A DNA stretch of 64,000 nucleotides from the human T2T-CHM13v2.0 reference genome, Homo sapiens. Under the pieces are notes generated by a model, which made no database searches, had not been told where the DNA came from, and worked only from the letters and a program-made list of their open reading frames with translations. The stretch lies in the NCBI RefSeq assembly GCF_009914755.1, contig NC_060948.1; one strand, written 5' to 3'. Below are positions 14,356 to 27,772 of the stretch, in pieces; the stretch's first letter is position 1, and each line of letters begins with the position of its first letter. A program made the position numbers and the translations under genes.

Positions 14356-16595
14356 GATCCTTAGGGATTTTGAGGTTTATTCCTCGTGCTGTGGTTGACG
14401 TTTCTTCAGGACGGCTCTCATTTGCCCTCTCATAGGCTCATGGGACTATCCTGTGGATTCCACAGAGAAGACAGATGAGAGTTCACCAACCACGCAGCTC
14501 CATGTATGTCTTTTTCTCTGCCAAGATGAAGGGACTTGTCACTAGCCAGCAATGACAATCATTGGGATGCTCACTAAAGCTCAGTAACAGTCTTGGTGCC
14601 CTGAGACTTGTGCATGCACATTCATGAGGCAGGCAGGCTTGGGCACCTGGCTGTCAGACCTGTCAGCCTACCAAAGCAGAGGAAAATAATACAGGCAGAG
14701 CTGGCCGGTATTGAGAAAAATGCTGCCTGTGAAAACCCACTGCAGGACCCTAAAACTCTCAATCTAAAGACCCTTTCTGGCCATCTCTCTGGTCAGGTCC
14801 TACTGGAGGAGGAGGTGTTTCCAGACTGTGAGGTGGTCACTGGAAACCTTCTGAATCCATTCCCAAAAGAGGCTGTGTGCCAGAAATGGGTCCCATGGTG
14901 ATTGGAATATTGTCTGGTGTGTTGTTGAGGGTTCTTTAAGTGATAGATTCATACCTGAGACCCCAGTGGTGGATGTGAGCAAAAGATAGCCTGGCACTTG
15001 ACCTCATTGCCTCCCTTTATTTTGGGCCTTTCAGGGGCCCTCTTTGAAAAGCAGGAACCACGGCAAGGCAAGTCAAAGGTAAAGCAGTGTTCTCACACCT
15101 CATACTGGCCTCTCAGGGGTGCTGATGAGATTCAGATGGTGTCTCAGAGGATATATGTGGTGATGGCAACTCTGAAGAAGGGTGTCCAGTAGTGCTGTTG
15201 AGGGGCACTGTTGAATCCCCATGAAAGCAAAAAAAAAAAAAAAATTCACTGCTCACCTGAGAGAACAAGCTTCCCTGTGCTGGAGTCCAAGTAATGTTCA
15301 ATAATTCCTGTCAGAGGACCCAAAATCCTCCTGGAAAATGTAAACAACCTCAGCTCCCACAATGAGAAAAGCACCACAAGCTAGAGTGCAGCCAGCCTAC
15401 CCAAAGTCCCTTTTGCTCTCTCAAATCCCTGGCAGCCAAAAGATGTGTGGTGAGGGGCAGTTCCATTCAGCAACAGCCCAGTGAAAGAGACCCTCCCCAA
15501 TTAGAAGGCCATGCAGACAAGGTGAAACAGAGGCTAGATTACAAGGTCAAAGCAGACATGGCTGTCTTCTTCTCACTTTTCGGGAATCATTCAGCCCTCT
15601 GATAGAAATGGGTGAACAACAGTTTCCTTATGATGGCTGTAATGAGAATTTATGGTTTTAAAAAATTCAAAGCTGCACAGTCATTGACACATGACAGTGT
15701 TTAGAAAGAGGCAGTAAGACAGTGAATTTTCATAAGGCCCATTCTCTGTGAATTCTGAAATGTTTAGTGTGGAAGTCGTTGAGTCAGACCCTAGGCTCAG
15801 CCTAGGAAATCCTAGGCTGATGAGGAACATGGAAGTCAGAAAAGAAGAGGCCAGTGTGGAGGCCACATCCCACACAGCATCAACCCATTCCACTCCCATT
15901 TGCCTCTGGGTGTAAAAGGCCTCAAATCCAGGGTTTACCAAGATGGCTTCAATTTGCAGTCCAAATGTTTTTTGCACATTAGAGTACTCCCACCTGAACA
16001 CTGGGCCAAGGTATGGACAGCTTGTGTAATTAAGGAAATGCAGGGATGGAGTTTAAAGAAGGATCTTTGTCATTTGTATTTATTTTTTTTTTGCAGATGA
16101 ATTTGCAGAGCCCCATCCACTCCTCACCAGATTGTATCCTCACCCATATCTGAATTTCTCCCTGCTCATATTCTATGTCCCAGGATGATATCCCAAGACA
16201 AAGGAGGAGTGCCCCATCATGACATGAAGAACCGCTCAGCTGGGAGCCAAATTCGATGTAAATTCAGGGGTTTCTGCAGAGGACTGCTAGTGTTTCTTTC
16301 TGGGTGGGACACAGGACAATGAAACACTGGGAGATGTCTGTTTTTTGGTGTGGTGTGCTTCTCTTCTTTACAGAAGTGTGGTTTTCTTTGCAGGGGCAGG
16401 TGATTTGGACATTGGCAGGTCTCTGCCCACCTCTCAATTTGCTGCAGACTCATGATCCACACAAAAATAAATAACACAAAGCCTCACAACTGAAGCAGAG
16501 CCACACAGACAGGCCAACAAATGATTGGGAGACTCAAAAAAGATGAAGCCCTGGAGTGTGTTTGCCACATTCCTTTAAGCAGAAGTGACTTACAG

Positions 16596-16630
<35 letters not shown>

Positions 16631-16848
16631 ACCACACACACAGGCAGACATCCAACACTTGCAAGAATCCTGAAGAAACACACTGCTTGTTAGCTTCTGA
16701 CGCTGCATGGTTTTGCTAGATCCCCTTTTGGGAGACAGCAACCCAGGGGAACATGCAGGCTGTAACTAGAAATCACAATGGAACAAGTTTGAAAAAGACT
16801 CACCCCTACAACATCTAGGCAGGCCTGAGGAATCCTGCAGATCTTTTG
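14356..16848 (+). repeat. Representative intact array unit (2493 bp)
   Basis: Spans one GATCCTTAGGGATTTT anchor to the next and contains all unit sub-motifs in canonical order. Confidence 0.85.
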
Positions 16849-17318
16849 GATCCTTAGGGATTTTGCAATTTATTCCTGGGCCTCTGTTTGATGTTTCTTT
16901 TGGCTGGCTCACATCTACTCTCTCGTAGGATCATGGGACTATCTCTTGGATCCCACAGAGAAGACAGGCAAGAGTCCACAGCCGACATACCTACAGGGAG
17001 GTCTCCTTCCTCAAGAGGCAGGAACTTGTCTCTAGGCAATGATGACATTCATTGTGATGCTAGCCAGAGCTCACAATGAGGACTGGTGTCCTGAGACTAG
17101 TGCATATGCATTCCTGAGGCAGGTACAGGCACCTAGCTGTCAGAGCTATCAGTCTGCCTAAGAAGAGAAAAATTGTGCAGGTAAAGTCAGTCTGGTCTTG
17201 GGAAAAAGGTTTCCCATGAGAAACCACTGTCAGACCCCAAGGTCTCGACCTCAGGGCCCCTTCTGGCCATCTCCATGGTCGAGTCTTGCTGGAGGAGGAG
17301 GCATTTTGAGACTCTGAG

Positions 17319-17903
17319 GTGGCGACTAGAAACTGCTCTTCCTACTCCATTCCGAAAGGATGCTTTTTGCAAGAATCCCATCCCATGAGAATCAGAATTT
17401 GGTCTGGTGTGTTGTTGAGGGTTCTTTGGGTGACAGAATTATACCTGAGATCCCAGAGATGGGTGTCAGTGAAAGATGGCTGGGCTCTTTACCTCACTGT
17501 CTCTCTCCACCCTGGGCCTTGCTGGGGCCCTCCACAAAAGGCAGGAACCATGACAAAGGGAATTCCAAAGAGGGCCAGTGTTCTCACCTCGATCTGGTCT
17601 CTCATGGGTGCAGATGAGGTTCAGACAATATCTCAGATGCCCTCTGTGGTGATGGCAAGCCTGAAACTGGTGAACAGTAGTGCAGTTGAGGGGCACTGTG
17701 GATTCCCTATGAAAGCAAAGAAACATCAAAGCTCACTTCAGAAAATGACTTGCCTTGAGCTTGCATCCAAGCAATGTTCAATGATTCCAGTCAGAGTATC
17801 CAAAAACCTTCTGCAGACTGCAAACAACTTTAGCACTCACAATGACACCACAAACTACAACCTGGATGAAGTCAGCCTACCCAAAGTCCCTTTTCATCCT
17901 TGA
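17319..17903 (+). pseudogene. Longest residual open frame (194 codons) of the CLUH-derived unit; probably not translated
   Basis: ORF track. It is in the CLUH-matching frame (LLRVL...LTVSL...EVQTISQ...LKLV...MIPV...LLQTANNF...NL...PKV). The annotated start is GTG. Confidence 0.55.
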
Positions 17904-20900
17904 AATCCCTGACAGCCAATTGGTCTGTGGTGAGAGGCAACCCCATCCAGCAACAGCCCAATGAAAGACCTCATTCGCATTGAGAAAGGACTGGCAGATG
18001 CAATGAAACAGGGGCTAGATTACCAGGCAAAAGCCCAACACAGCTGCCTGCTTTTCATGCTAGAGGAATCATGCAGCCCTCTGATAAAAGTGGGAGAACA
18101 AGAGTTTCTTTATTGGTGGCTGTAACGAAAACTTACAGTGTTAAAATTATCACATCTTTCCAGTCTTTAAAATGTGACAGTGTTTAGAAGAAAACACTCA
18201 TGCATTGGATTCCCATGAAGGTCATCCCCCATGAACTGTGAATTGCTTAGTGTGGAAGATGTGGAGCCAGACCCAGGAAGCCCTAGGCCGATGAGGAACA
18301 TGGAAGTCAGGAAAAGAAGAGACAAGTGTGCAGGGCACATCCCACCCAGCATCAACACATCCCACTCTCATTTGGCTCAGGGTATGAGAGCTCTCAAATC
18401 GGGAGCTTGTTAGAACCGCCCCAGCTTGCACTCCAAATGTTCCCTCAACATTGTATTACTCCCACCTCAACACCAGGACATAATATGAACTGCCTGTGTA
18501 ATTAAGGGAATGTGGGCATGCAGTTGGAAGTACCTTCTGTGTCATCTGTCTTCACCGTTTTTGCAGGAGAATGTGCTGAACTCTATTTACCCCTCACCAG
18601 ATTGTATCCTCACCCCTATTTTACCTTGTTACTTCTCACACTCTCTGTCCCAGAATGAAATCACAAGATGATGGAGGAGTGCCATATGAGGACATGAAGC
18701 ACCTACTCAGCTGAGAACAGAATTCAAAGTAAATTCAAAGGTCCCTTCACATAGGACTGCTAGTTTCTCACACTGGGTTGGCTGCAGAACAATGAAACAC
18801 AGAATGAAACACATTGTTTTGGGGTGTGATGTGCTCCTCTTCTTTCTAGAAGAATGGCTTTTTTTGCAGGGGGAGGTAACTTGAACCTATGCCTCTCTCA
18901 GACAGTCTCCTAATTCACTGCAAATTCATAGTCCACAGAAAAATAAGGGACACAGAGCCCTGCAACTCAAGCAGAGCCACACCAACAGGCCACCAAAAGG
19001 TGTGGAGTTTCAAAAAAAGGAAGCGATGCAGTGTGTTATCCACATTCCATTAAGCAGACTCCACTTAGCCACACACTAACACATAAACACACACACACAA
19101 AGCCACACAAACACGGAGATATCTAACACTTGCAACACTTCCACAGAAGAACACAGCATGGCAGGTTCTGAGTTTGCGTGGTCCTGCAGGAAGCCTTAAT
19201 TGAAAGACAGGAACTTTGGGGAACACAGGTGGGCTGTAGTTAGAAATCAAAGTGGGGTAGGTTTCAAAAGACTCACTGCTACAACATCTAGGCATGCCTG
19301 AGACATCCCGCAGATCTTTTAGATCCTTATGAATTTTGTGGTTTATTCCTGAAGCTCTGCTTGATGTTTCTTCAGGCTTGTTCATATCTGCCTTCTTCTA
19401 GGATCATGGAACTATCTTGAGGATCCACAACTCCACAGAGGTCCCCTTCTCTGCCAAGATGTGTAGACTTAGGCCACTGTGGCATTCATTGTGATGCTAG
19501 CCAGAGCTCAAAACTAAGGCCTCGTGCCCTGAGACTAGCAAACGTGCATTTGTGTGGATGGCTCATGTACTGGCTGTCAGCCTTCCTAGGCAGAGGAAGA
19601 TGGTACAAGTAGAGCCGCCTTCATACTGAGAAAAAGTTTGCCTGGGGTAATATCCTGTGGTACTCTAAATGTCTCGACCTTAGGGCTACTTCTTATCGTC
19701 TCCGTGGTTGGGTTCCGCTGGAGTATGAGGCATTTCAAGACTGTGAAGTGGTGGGTGGAAACTGTTCTTCTGACTTCATTTCCGGAATAGGCTGTGTGCA
19801 AGAATCTGGTCCCAAGGGGATAGGAATGTAGTACCGTGACTTTCCTTGTTGGCAGCGGTAGTGGTAATTTATGATTTTAAAAGTATCAAAGCTGCCCAGT
19901 CATTTAAACATAACAGTGCTTAGAAAGAAACACTCACTCAATGGATTCCCATGAGGGTCGTTCTCCGTGCAGGGGGAAACCTTTAGCGTGCAAGTGATTA
20001 AGCCAGACTCAGGAAACCATAGGCTGACAAGGAACATGGAAGTCAGGGAAAGAAGAGGCAAACATGAAGGCCACATCCCCATTCAGCATCAGTCCTTTCC
20101 AGTCCCATTTGGCTCCAGGTATGAAAAACCCCAAATCTGGAGTTTGTCAGAATGGCCCCAATTTGCACTCCAACTTTTCCTGGCACGTTGCAGGACTCCA
20201 CTTGAACACCAGGCCATTGCGTGGACTGCTTGTGCAATTAAAAGAATGTGGGGATGGAGTGGGAAACCACTTCTGTGTCATCTGCCTTCATTTTTTTTTT
20301 TTTTTTTTTGGCAGGTGAAGTTGCAGGACACCATTTACTCTTCACCAAATTGTATCTTCACTCCTATCTGACTTGTTCACAATCTATTTCACAGAAGGAA
20401 ATCCCAAAATGATGGAGGAGTGTTTCCTCATGACGTGAAGCACCTGCTGGGCTGGGAACCGAATTCAAGGTACATTCAAGGGGACCTGCAGACAGGACTG
20501 CTATTGTCTCTCTGTGGGTTGGCCACAGGAAAATAAAACACTGAGAGATGCCTCTTTTTTGGTGTGGTGTGCCCCTTTTCTTTCTAAAGGAGTCAATTTT
20601 CTTGCAGGGTGAGGTGACTTGGATGCCCACATGTATCAGCTCACCTTCAAATTCACTGCGGATTAATAGTCCACAGAAATATAAAGAACATGGACCTCTG
20701 GAGCCCAAGCAGACCCACACAGAGAGGCCACCAAAAGTTTCTGAGACTCAAAAAAAAAAAAGTGCTGAAATTCGTTAGCCACATTCCTTTAAGGAGATTC
20801 CACTTACAGGCACACACATAAAAACGCGCGTGCACACACACACACACACACACTCTAAGCCACAAACACGTGAAGACATCCAACACTTGCAAAACACTTC

Positions 20901-23900
20901 CACAGAAACACAGCCTGGCTGCTTCTGAGGCTGCCTGGTTCTGCAGGAAGCTCCACCTGGAGGAATAAACCTAGGGAAAACAGCTCGGCTGTACCTAGAA
21001 ATCACAGTGGGGTAAGTTTCAAAAAGATTCATCCTACAACCTCTAGGCAAGCCTGCGGCATTGTGCAGATCTTTTTGTATGTGTAGGGATTTCTCAGTCT
21101 ATTTCTAGGACTCTCCTTGACATTTCTTCAGGCTGGCTCACTGTACCATCTCTTAGGATCATGGGACTGTTCCTTGGATCCCACAAAGAAAACAAGGGAA
21201 AGTCCAACACCAAAGCACCTCCATGGAGGTCTCCTTTTCTGTGAAGCTGCAGGAGTTGTCACTAGGCAAAGGTGGCATTCATTGTGACTCTAGCCAGAGA
21301 CCACAGCTCAGGCCTTGTGCCCTGAGACAAGCACATGGATATTCATGAAGCCAACTCTGGCATCTGGATGTCAGAGCTGTCAGACTGCCTAAGCAGAGGA
21401 AAATGGTACAGGCAGAGAATGTTTGGGAGCAGGAAAAAGGCAGCCTGCAATAAGCTAAGGCGGGACCCTAAAAGTCTCCACCTGAGAACATCTTCAGGAC
21501 ACCTCTGTGGCTGGGTCACACAGTAAGGTGAGGTGTTTCGAGATGCTGAGGTGGTTACTGAAAAATTCTCTTCTGACTCCATTTATGAAAGAGGTTGTGT
21601 GCAAGAATCAAGTCCCCTGGGGATTGGAATATAGGCTAGTGTGTTGTTGAGGGATCTTTAGTTAATGGAATCATAGCTGAGACACCAGAGGTGGTTGTCA
21701 GTGAAAGATGACTGGGTCCTTAACCTCACTGTCTCCCTCCACACTGGGCCTCACTGCCACTCTCTGGGAAAGCCAGGAACACCAACAAAGGAAAGTCCAA
21801 AGTGGAGCTCCATTCTCACACCTCCAAAAGGCCTATCATGCATGCAGATGATGTTGAGACAATGTCTCACATGCCCTCTGTGGTGATTGCCAGCCTGGAA
21901 AAAGTATCCAGTAGTGCTTTTGAGGGACACAGTGGACCACACATGAAAGGAGTGAAAAATGAAGGCTCTCCTGAGAGAATGAGCTGATTTGTGCTGGAGG
22001 CCTAGCAACGTTCCAAGATTTCCATCAGAGGACCCAAAATCCTCCTGCAAAATTCAAACAACCTCAGCCCCCAGATGGAGACCATGACCCACCACCTGGA
22101 GCACAGCAATCCTATTCAAAGTCTCTTTTGGTCCCTGAAATCCCTGGCAGCCAAAAGATCTGTGGCAAGAGGCAGTCCTGTCCAGCAACACCCTCCATGA
22201 TGAGAAAGGACGTGCAACTGAAATGAAACAGAGTCTAGTTTACCAGTTAAAAGCCAGGCACGATGGCCTGCTTCTCATCCTACAGGAATCATGCAGCCCT
22301 CTGATATAAGTGGGAGAAAAACAGTTTCCTTGTCAGTGGCTGTAATGGGAATTTATCATGTTAAAGGTATCACAGCTGCCCACTCATTAAAATGTCACAG
22401 TGTTTAGAAGGAAACACTCAAGCAATGGATTCCCATGAGGGTCGTCCTCCGCAAAATGGGAAACATTTAGTGTGAAAGACTTAGAGCCAGACCCAGGAAA
22501 CCCTAGGCCCACAAGAAATAAGGAAGTCAGAAAAAGAATAGGCAAGTGTGAAGGCCACATCCTACCCATCATCAATCCATCTCACTCCCATTTGGCTGCG
22601 GGTATGAAAGCCCTCAAATCCGGAGTTTGCCAGGATATCCCCAGTTTGCAATTCAAATGTTCCCTGCCCGTTGGAGTACTTCCAACTGAACACTACGCGA
22701 TGAGGCTGAAAGCACCTTCTGTGTCATCTGTCTTCATTTTTCTTGCAGGTAAAGTTTTGTCACCCCATGCACCCCTCACAAGATTGTATCTTTACCTCTG
22801 TCTGAACTTAATGCTATCCACACTCTATGTCCTAGGGTGAAATCCCAAAATGATTTTTAAAATGTGCCCCCCACCCCAGCAAGATGTGAATCACCTGTTC
22901 AGCTGGGAAGGGAATTCGAGGTTAATTCAAGAGACCCTGTGGACAGGACTGCTAATGTCTCTCCTGGGTTTGCCAAAGGACAATAAAACACTGAAAGATA
23001 TCTATTTTTTGGTGTTGTGTGCTCCTCTTCTTTCTAGAATGGTGGTTTTTATGGCACACACAATGCCACACACACACAGACATCCAACATTTGCGACACT
23101 CCTACAGAAATACCCAACCCAGAAACTACTCAGGATGCATTGTTGTGCAGGAAACACCACCTGGGAAAGAGCCCCACAGCCCAAGCAGAGCCACACAGAC
23201 AAGCCAACAGAAGTTGGGTAGACACAAAAAAAGGAAGCACTGAAGTGCGTTAGCAACATTCCTTTAAGCAGACTGCACATACAATCACACACACGCATAT
23301 ACACAAACACTCAATGCCACACACGCATTCAGACATCCAACACTTGCAACACTCCACCAGAAAGGTTTGGAGACAAAAAAAAAAATGAAGCACTGAAGTG
23401 CATTAGCCACATTATTTTAAGCAGTCTCCACTTACAGGCACACAAACACACACAAACAAATACACAATGCCACACACACAGGCAGACATCCAAGATTCAC
23501 AACACTCCCACACACAAAAAAAAGTTGGATAGCTCCTGTGGCTGCGTGATTCTGCAGGAATCCCAACTTGGGAGAGAGCAACACCAAGAAACACAGGAGA
23601 ACTGTACCTAGAAATTTCAGTGGGGCAAGTTTCAAAAAGACTCACTCCTACAATGCCTCGGCAGGCCTGAGGATTCCAGCATATCCTTTTGCATCCTTAG
23701 GGATTTTGCAGTGTATTCCTGGAGCTGTGGTTGATGTTTCTCCAGGCTAGGATCATGGGACAATCCCGTGGATACCACAGAGACAGGTGACTGTGCATTC
23801 TTGAGGAAGGATCAGGCACCTGGCTCTCAGAGCTGTCAGCCTGCTTAAGCAGAGGAAATTGGTACAGGCAGAGCTGGCCTGGCATGGCCAAAAATACTAC

Positions 23901-26900
23901 CTGTGATAACCCACTGCCAGATCGAAAAAGTCTAGACCATAGGGCCATTTTGGCAGTCTCTGAGGTCAGGTTCCACTGAAGGAGGAGTCGCTTTGAGACT
24001 GAACTGGCCTTTGTAATCTGCATCTCTGCCTTCATTCCCCAGAGAGGCTGTGTGCAAGATTCCATTCCCATGGGGATTGGAATGCCCTTTGGTGAGTTTT
24101 TGATGGGTCCTTTGGTGATGGAATCATTGCTGAGACCCAAGAGGCAGGTGTGAGCAAAAGATGGCTGGCCCCTTGACCTCACTGTCTCCCATCATCCTGG
24201 ACCTATCAGGGACTCTCCGGGAGAGGCAGAAACCACGACAAAAGCAAGTCCAAGATAAAGTATTGTTCCCACACCTCAAACTGGCCTCTCATGGGTGCAG
24301 ATGAGGTTGTGACAGTGTATCAGAGGCATCTGTGGTGATAGCAAGCCAGAAAAGGCTATCCAGTAGTGCTGATGAGGTGCAAAGTGGACCCCCCATAAAA
24401 GCAAAGAAGAATCTAGGTTCATCTGGGAGAACAAGCTGACTTGTGTGGGAGTTCAAGCAATGTTCAAAGATTTTTGTCAGAGGACCCAAAAGCCTCCTGA
24501 AAAGTGTGAACAACATCAGCCTCCACAAGGAGACTGATGACACAAAACCTGGGGCATAGCCAGTCTACACAAAGTTCTTTATGCTTCCTGAAATTCCTGG
24601 TAGCCAAAAGATCTGTAGTGAGAGGCAGTCCAATCCGGCAAGATCCAATGAAAGATCCACTCCACAGCGAAGAAGGACGTGCAGATGAAGTGAAACAAAG
24701 CCAAGATTACCAGGCAAATGCAGAACGACTGCCTGCATATCCTCCTACAGGAATCATGCAGCCCTCTGATAAAAGTGGGAGAACAAGAATTTCCATGTTG
24801 GTGGCTGTAAGAGGAATTTAAGTTTTTACAAGTATCACAGCTGCCCAGTCATTAAAACTTGACAGTTTAGAAAGAAACACTCACGCAGTGGATTTCCATG
24901 AGGGTCTTCCTCTGTGAACTCAGAAAGTTTTAGTTTGGAAGACGTGGATTCAGACCCAGAAAACCCTAGGCTGAAGAGCAACATGAAAGGCAGAAAAAGA
25001 AGAGGTAAGTATATAGGCCACATCCTATCCAGCATCAATCCAATACACTCTCCTTTGGCTCCGGATATAAAAGCCCACATAGTGGGAGTTTACAAGGATG
25101 GCCCCAGTTTGCTCTTGAAATGTTCCCTGCTCGTTGGAGTACTGCCAACTGAACAACTAGCTATGGAGTTGGAAGCACCTTCTGGGTCATCTGTCTTCAT
25201 TTACTTATCTATTTATTTTTTTGCAGAGATATTGTGGGACCCCATGAACCACTCACCAGATTGTATCCTCAACCCTACCTGAACTTATTGCTGCTCACCC
25301 TCTATGTTCCAGGATGAAATCTCAAGGCGATGTTGGAGTGCCCACTCACGACATGAAACACGTGCTCAGCTGTGACCCATATACGAGGTAAAGTCAAGCG
25401 GCTTTGCAGACAGTACTGCTATATTTTCTCCCTGGGTTCACCACAGGACAACAAAACACTGGAAGATGTCTTATTTTTGCTGTGGTGTGTTCCTCTTCTT
25501 TCTAGAAGAGTGGCATTTTTTTGCAGGGGGAGGTAACTTGAATGCCCATGTGTTTCAACTTGCTTCCCAATTCACTGCAGATTCATGATCCACAGAAAAA
25601 TAAAGAACATGGAGCCCCACAGCCCAAGCAGAGCCACACTGACCACCCAACAGAATGTTGGGATACTCAAAAAAAGAAGCGCTGAAGTGCATTAGCCACA
25701 TTATTTTAAGCATACTCCACTTACAGGCACATACACACACACACAATGCCACACACACACACAAACAACACTCACAACACTCCCACAGATAAACACACAC
25801 TGGCAGCTCCTGAGGCTGCATGGTTCTGTGGGAATCCCCATCTTGGAGACAGCAACCCAAAAAAACATTTGGGCTGTACCTAGAAATCACTATGAGGCAA
25901 GTTTCAAAAAGACTCACCCCTACAACATCTAGGCTGTCCTGAGGAATCCTGAAGATCTTTTGCATCCTTAGGGATATTATGGTTTATTCCTGGGGCTGTG
26001 CTTGATGTCTCTTCAAGCTGGCTCACGTCTGCCCCCTCCTAGGAATGTGGGTTATGTCATGGATTCCACAGAGAAGACAGGTGAGAGATCAAAACCAACA
26101 CACTTTCATGGAAATCTTCTCCACCAAGTAGCAGGGACTTGTTGCTAGGCAACGGTGGCATGCACTGTGATGCTAGCCAGAACTCAAAAATCAGGCCTGG
26201 TGCCCTAAGACTAGCACATGCACATTCGTGAGGGAGGCTCGGGTGCAGTGCTGTCAGAGCTGTCACCCTACCTAAGCAGAGGAAAATGGTAAAGGCAGAG
26301 CCGTGCTGGTGTAAAAAAAAAAACGCTGCCTGCAAACACTCACTTCAGGACCCTAAAACTGTCAAACTGGTGAACACTCCAGGCTGTCTCGGTGGTCGGG
26401 TCCTGCTGGAGGCAGAAGCATTTTGTTACTGTGAGGTGGTCACAGGAAACTGCTCTTCTGACTCCATTCAAGAAAGATCTATATGCAAGAATCCGTTCCA
26501 GCAGGGATTGGAATATAGTCTGCTGTGTTGTTGACAGCTCTTTCAGTGATAGAATAATACCTGAGACCCCAGAGGTGGGTGTCAGTGAAAGATGGCCAGG
26601 CTCTTGATCTCAATTCCTCCCTTCATCCTGAGCCTCGCAGGGCTCTCTGGGAAAAGCCAGAACCAAGACAAAGGCAAATCAAAGTTGGAGTAATGTTCTC
26701 ACACTATGGCCTGGCCTCTCACAAGTGCAAATGAGTTGAGACAGTGTCTCAGAGTCCAGCTGTGGTGATGGCAAGCCTTGAAAGGGTGTCCAGTATTGCT
26801 GTTGATGGGCACTGTGGATTCCCCATGAAAGCAAACAAAAATCAAGGCTCACTACAGAACAAACTGTCTTGTGCTGGAGCCCAAGCAATGTTCAATGATT

Positions 26901-27556
26901 CCTGTCACAGGGCGCAAAACCATCCTGCAAAGTGCATACATCCTCAGCCCCCGCAAAGAGGCAACAGCCCAAAACCTGGAGAGCAGCCAGAATACCTGTC
27001 ATTTTTTATGATCTCTGAAATCCCTGGCCACTAAATAATCTGTGGTGAAAGGCAGTCCAATCCAGCAACATCCCAATGAAAGAGCCCCTCCACAATGAGA
27101 AGGCCATGCAGATGACATTAAACAGAGGCTAGATTACCAGGAAAAGCAAGACACTGTTGCCTGTATCTCATCCTGCAGGAATCATGCAGGCCTCTGATAG
27201 AAGTGAGAGGACAAGAGTTTTCTTGTTGGTGTCTGTGACAGGAATTTATGGTTTTAAACCTATCAAAATGTCCCACTCATTAAATTGTGACAGTGTTTAG
27301 AAGAAAACACTAAACAATGGATTCCCATGATGATCATTCTCCACAAACTGGGAAACCTTTAGTATTTGTGCTCCTTTTCTGTCTAGAAGAGTGGCATTTT
27401 TTTTTTTTTTTTGCAGGCGGATGTTATTTGGATGCCAGCACATGTTGGCATGCCTCCCAGTCCACTGCAGGCTCATGATTCACAGAAAAATAAAGAACAC
27501 AGAGCGATGCAGCCCAAGGTAAGCCACATAGACAGGCCATCAACGGGTTGGGAGAC

Positions 27557-27568
27557 AAGAAAGAAGGA

Positions 27569-27644
<76 letters not shown>

Positions 27645-27772
27645 AAAAGAAAGAGAGACAGAGAGAGAGAGAGAGGGAGGGAGGGAGGGAGGGAGGGAGG
27701 GAGGGAGGAAGGAAGGAAGGAAGGAAGGAAGGAAGGAAAGAAGGAAGGAAAGAAGTAAGGGAGAGAGAGAGA
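27557..27772. repeat. Compound purine microsatellite (GAAA)20-(GA)n-(GGGA)n-(GGAA)n
   Basis: Perfect GAAA x20 at 27567-27646, followed by GA, GGGA and GGAA blocks. It replaces the short A-tract found at this position in other units. Confidence 0.97.
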
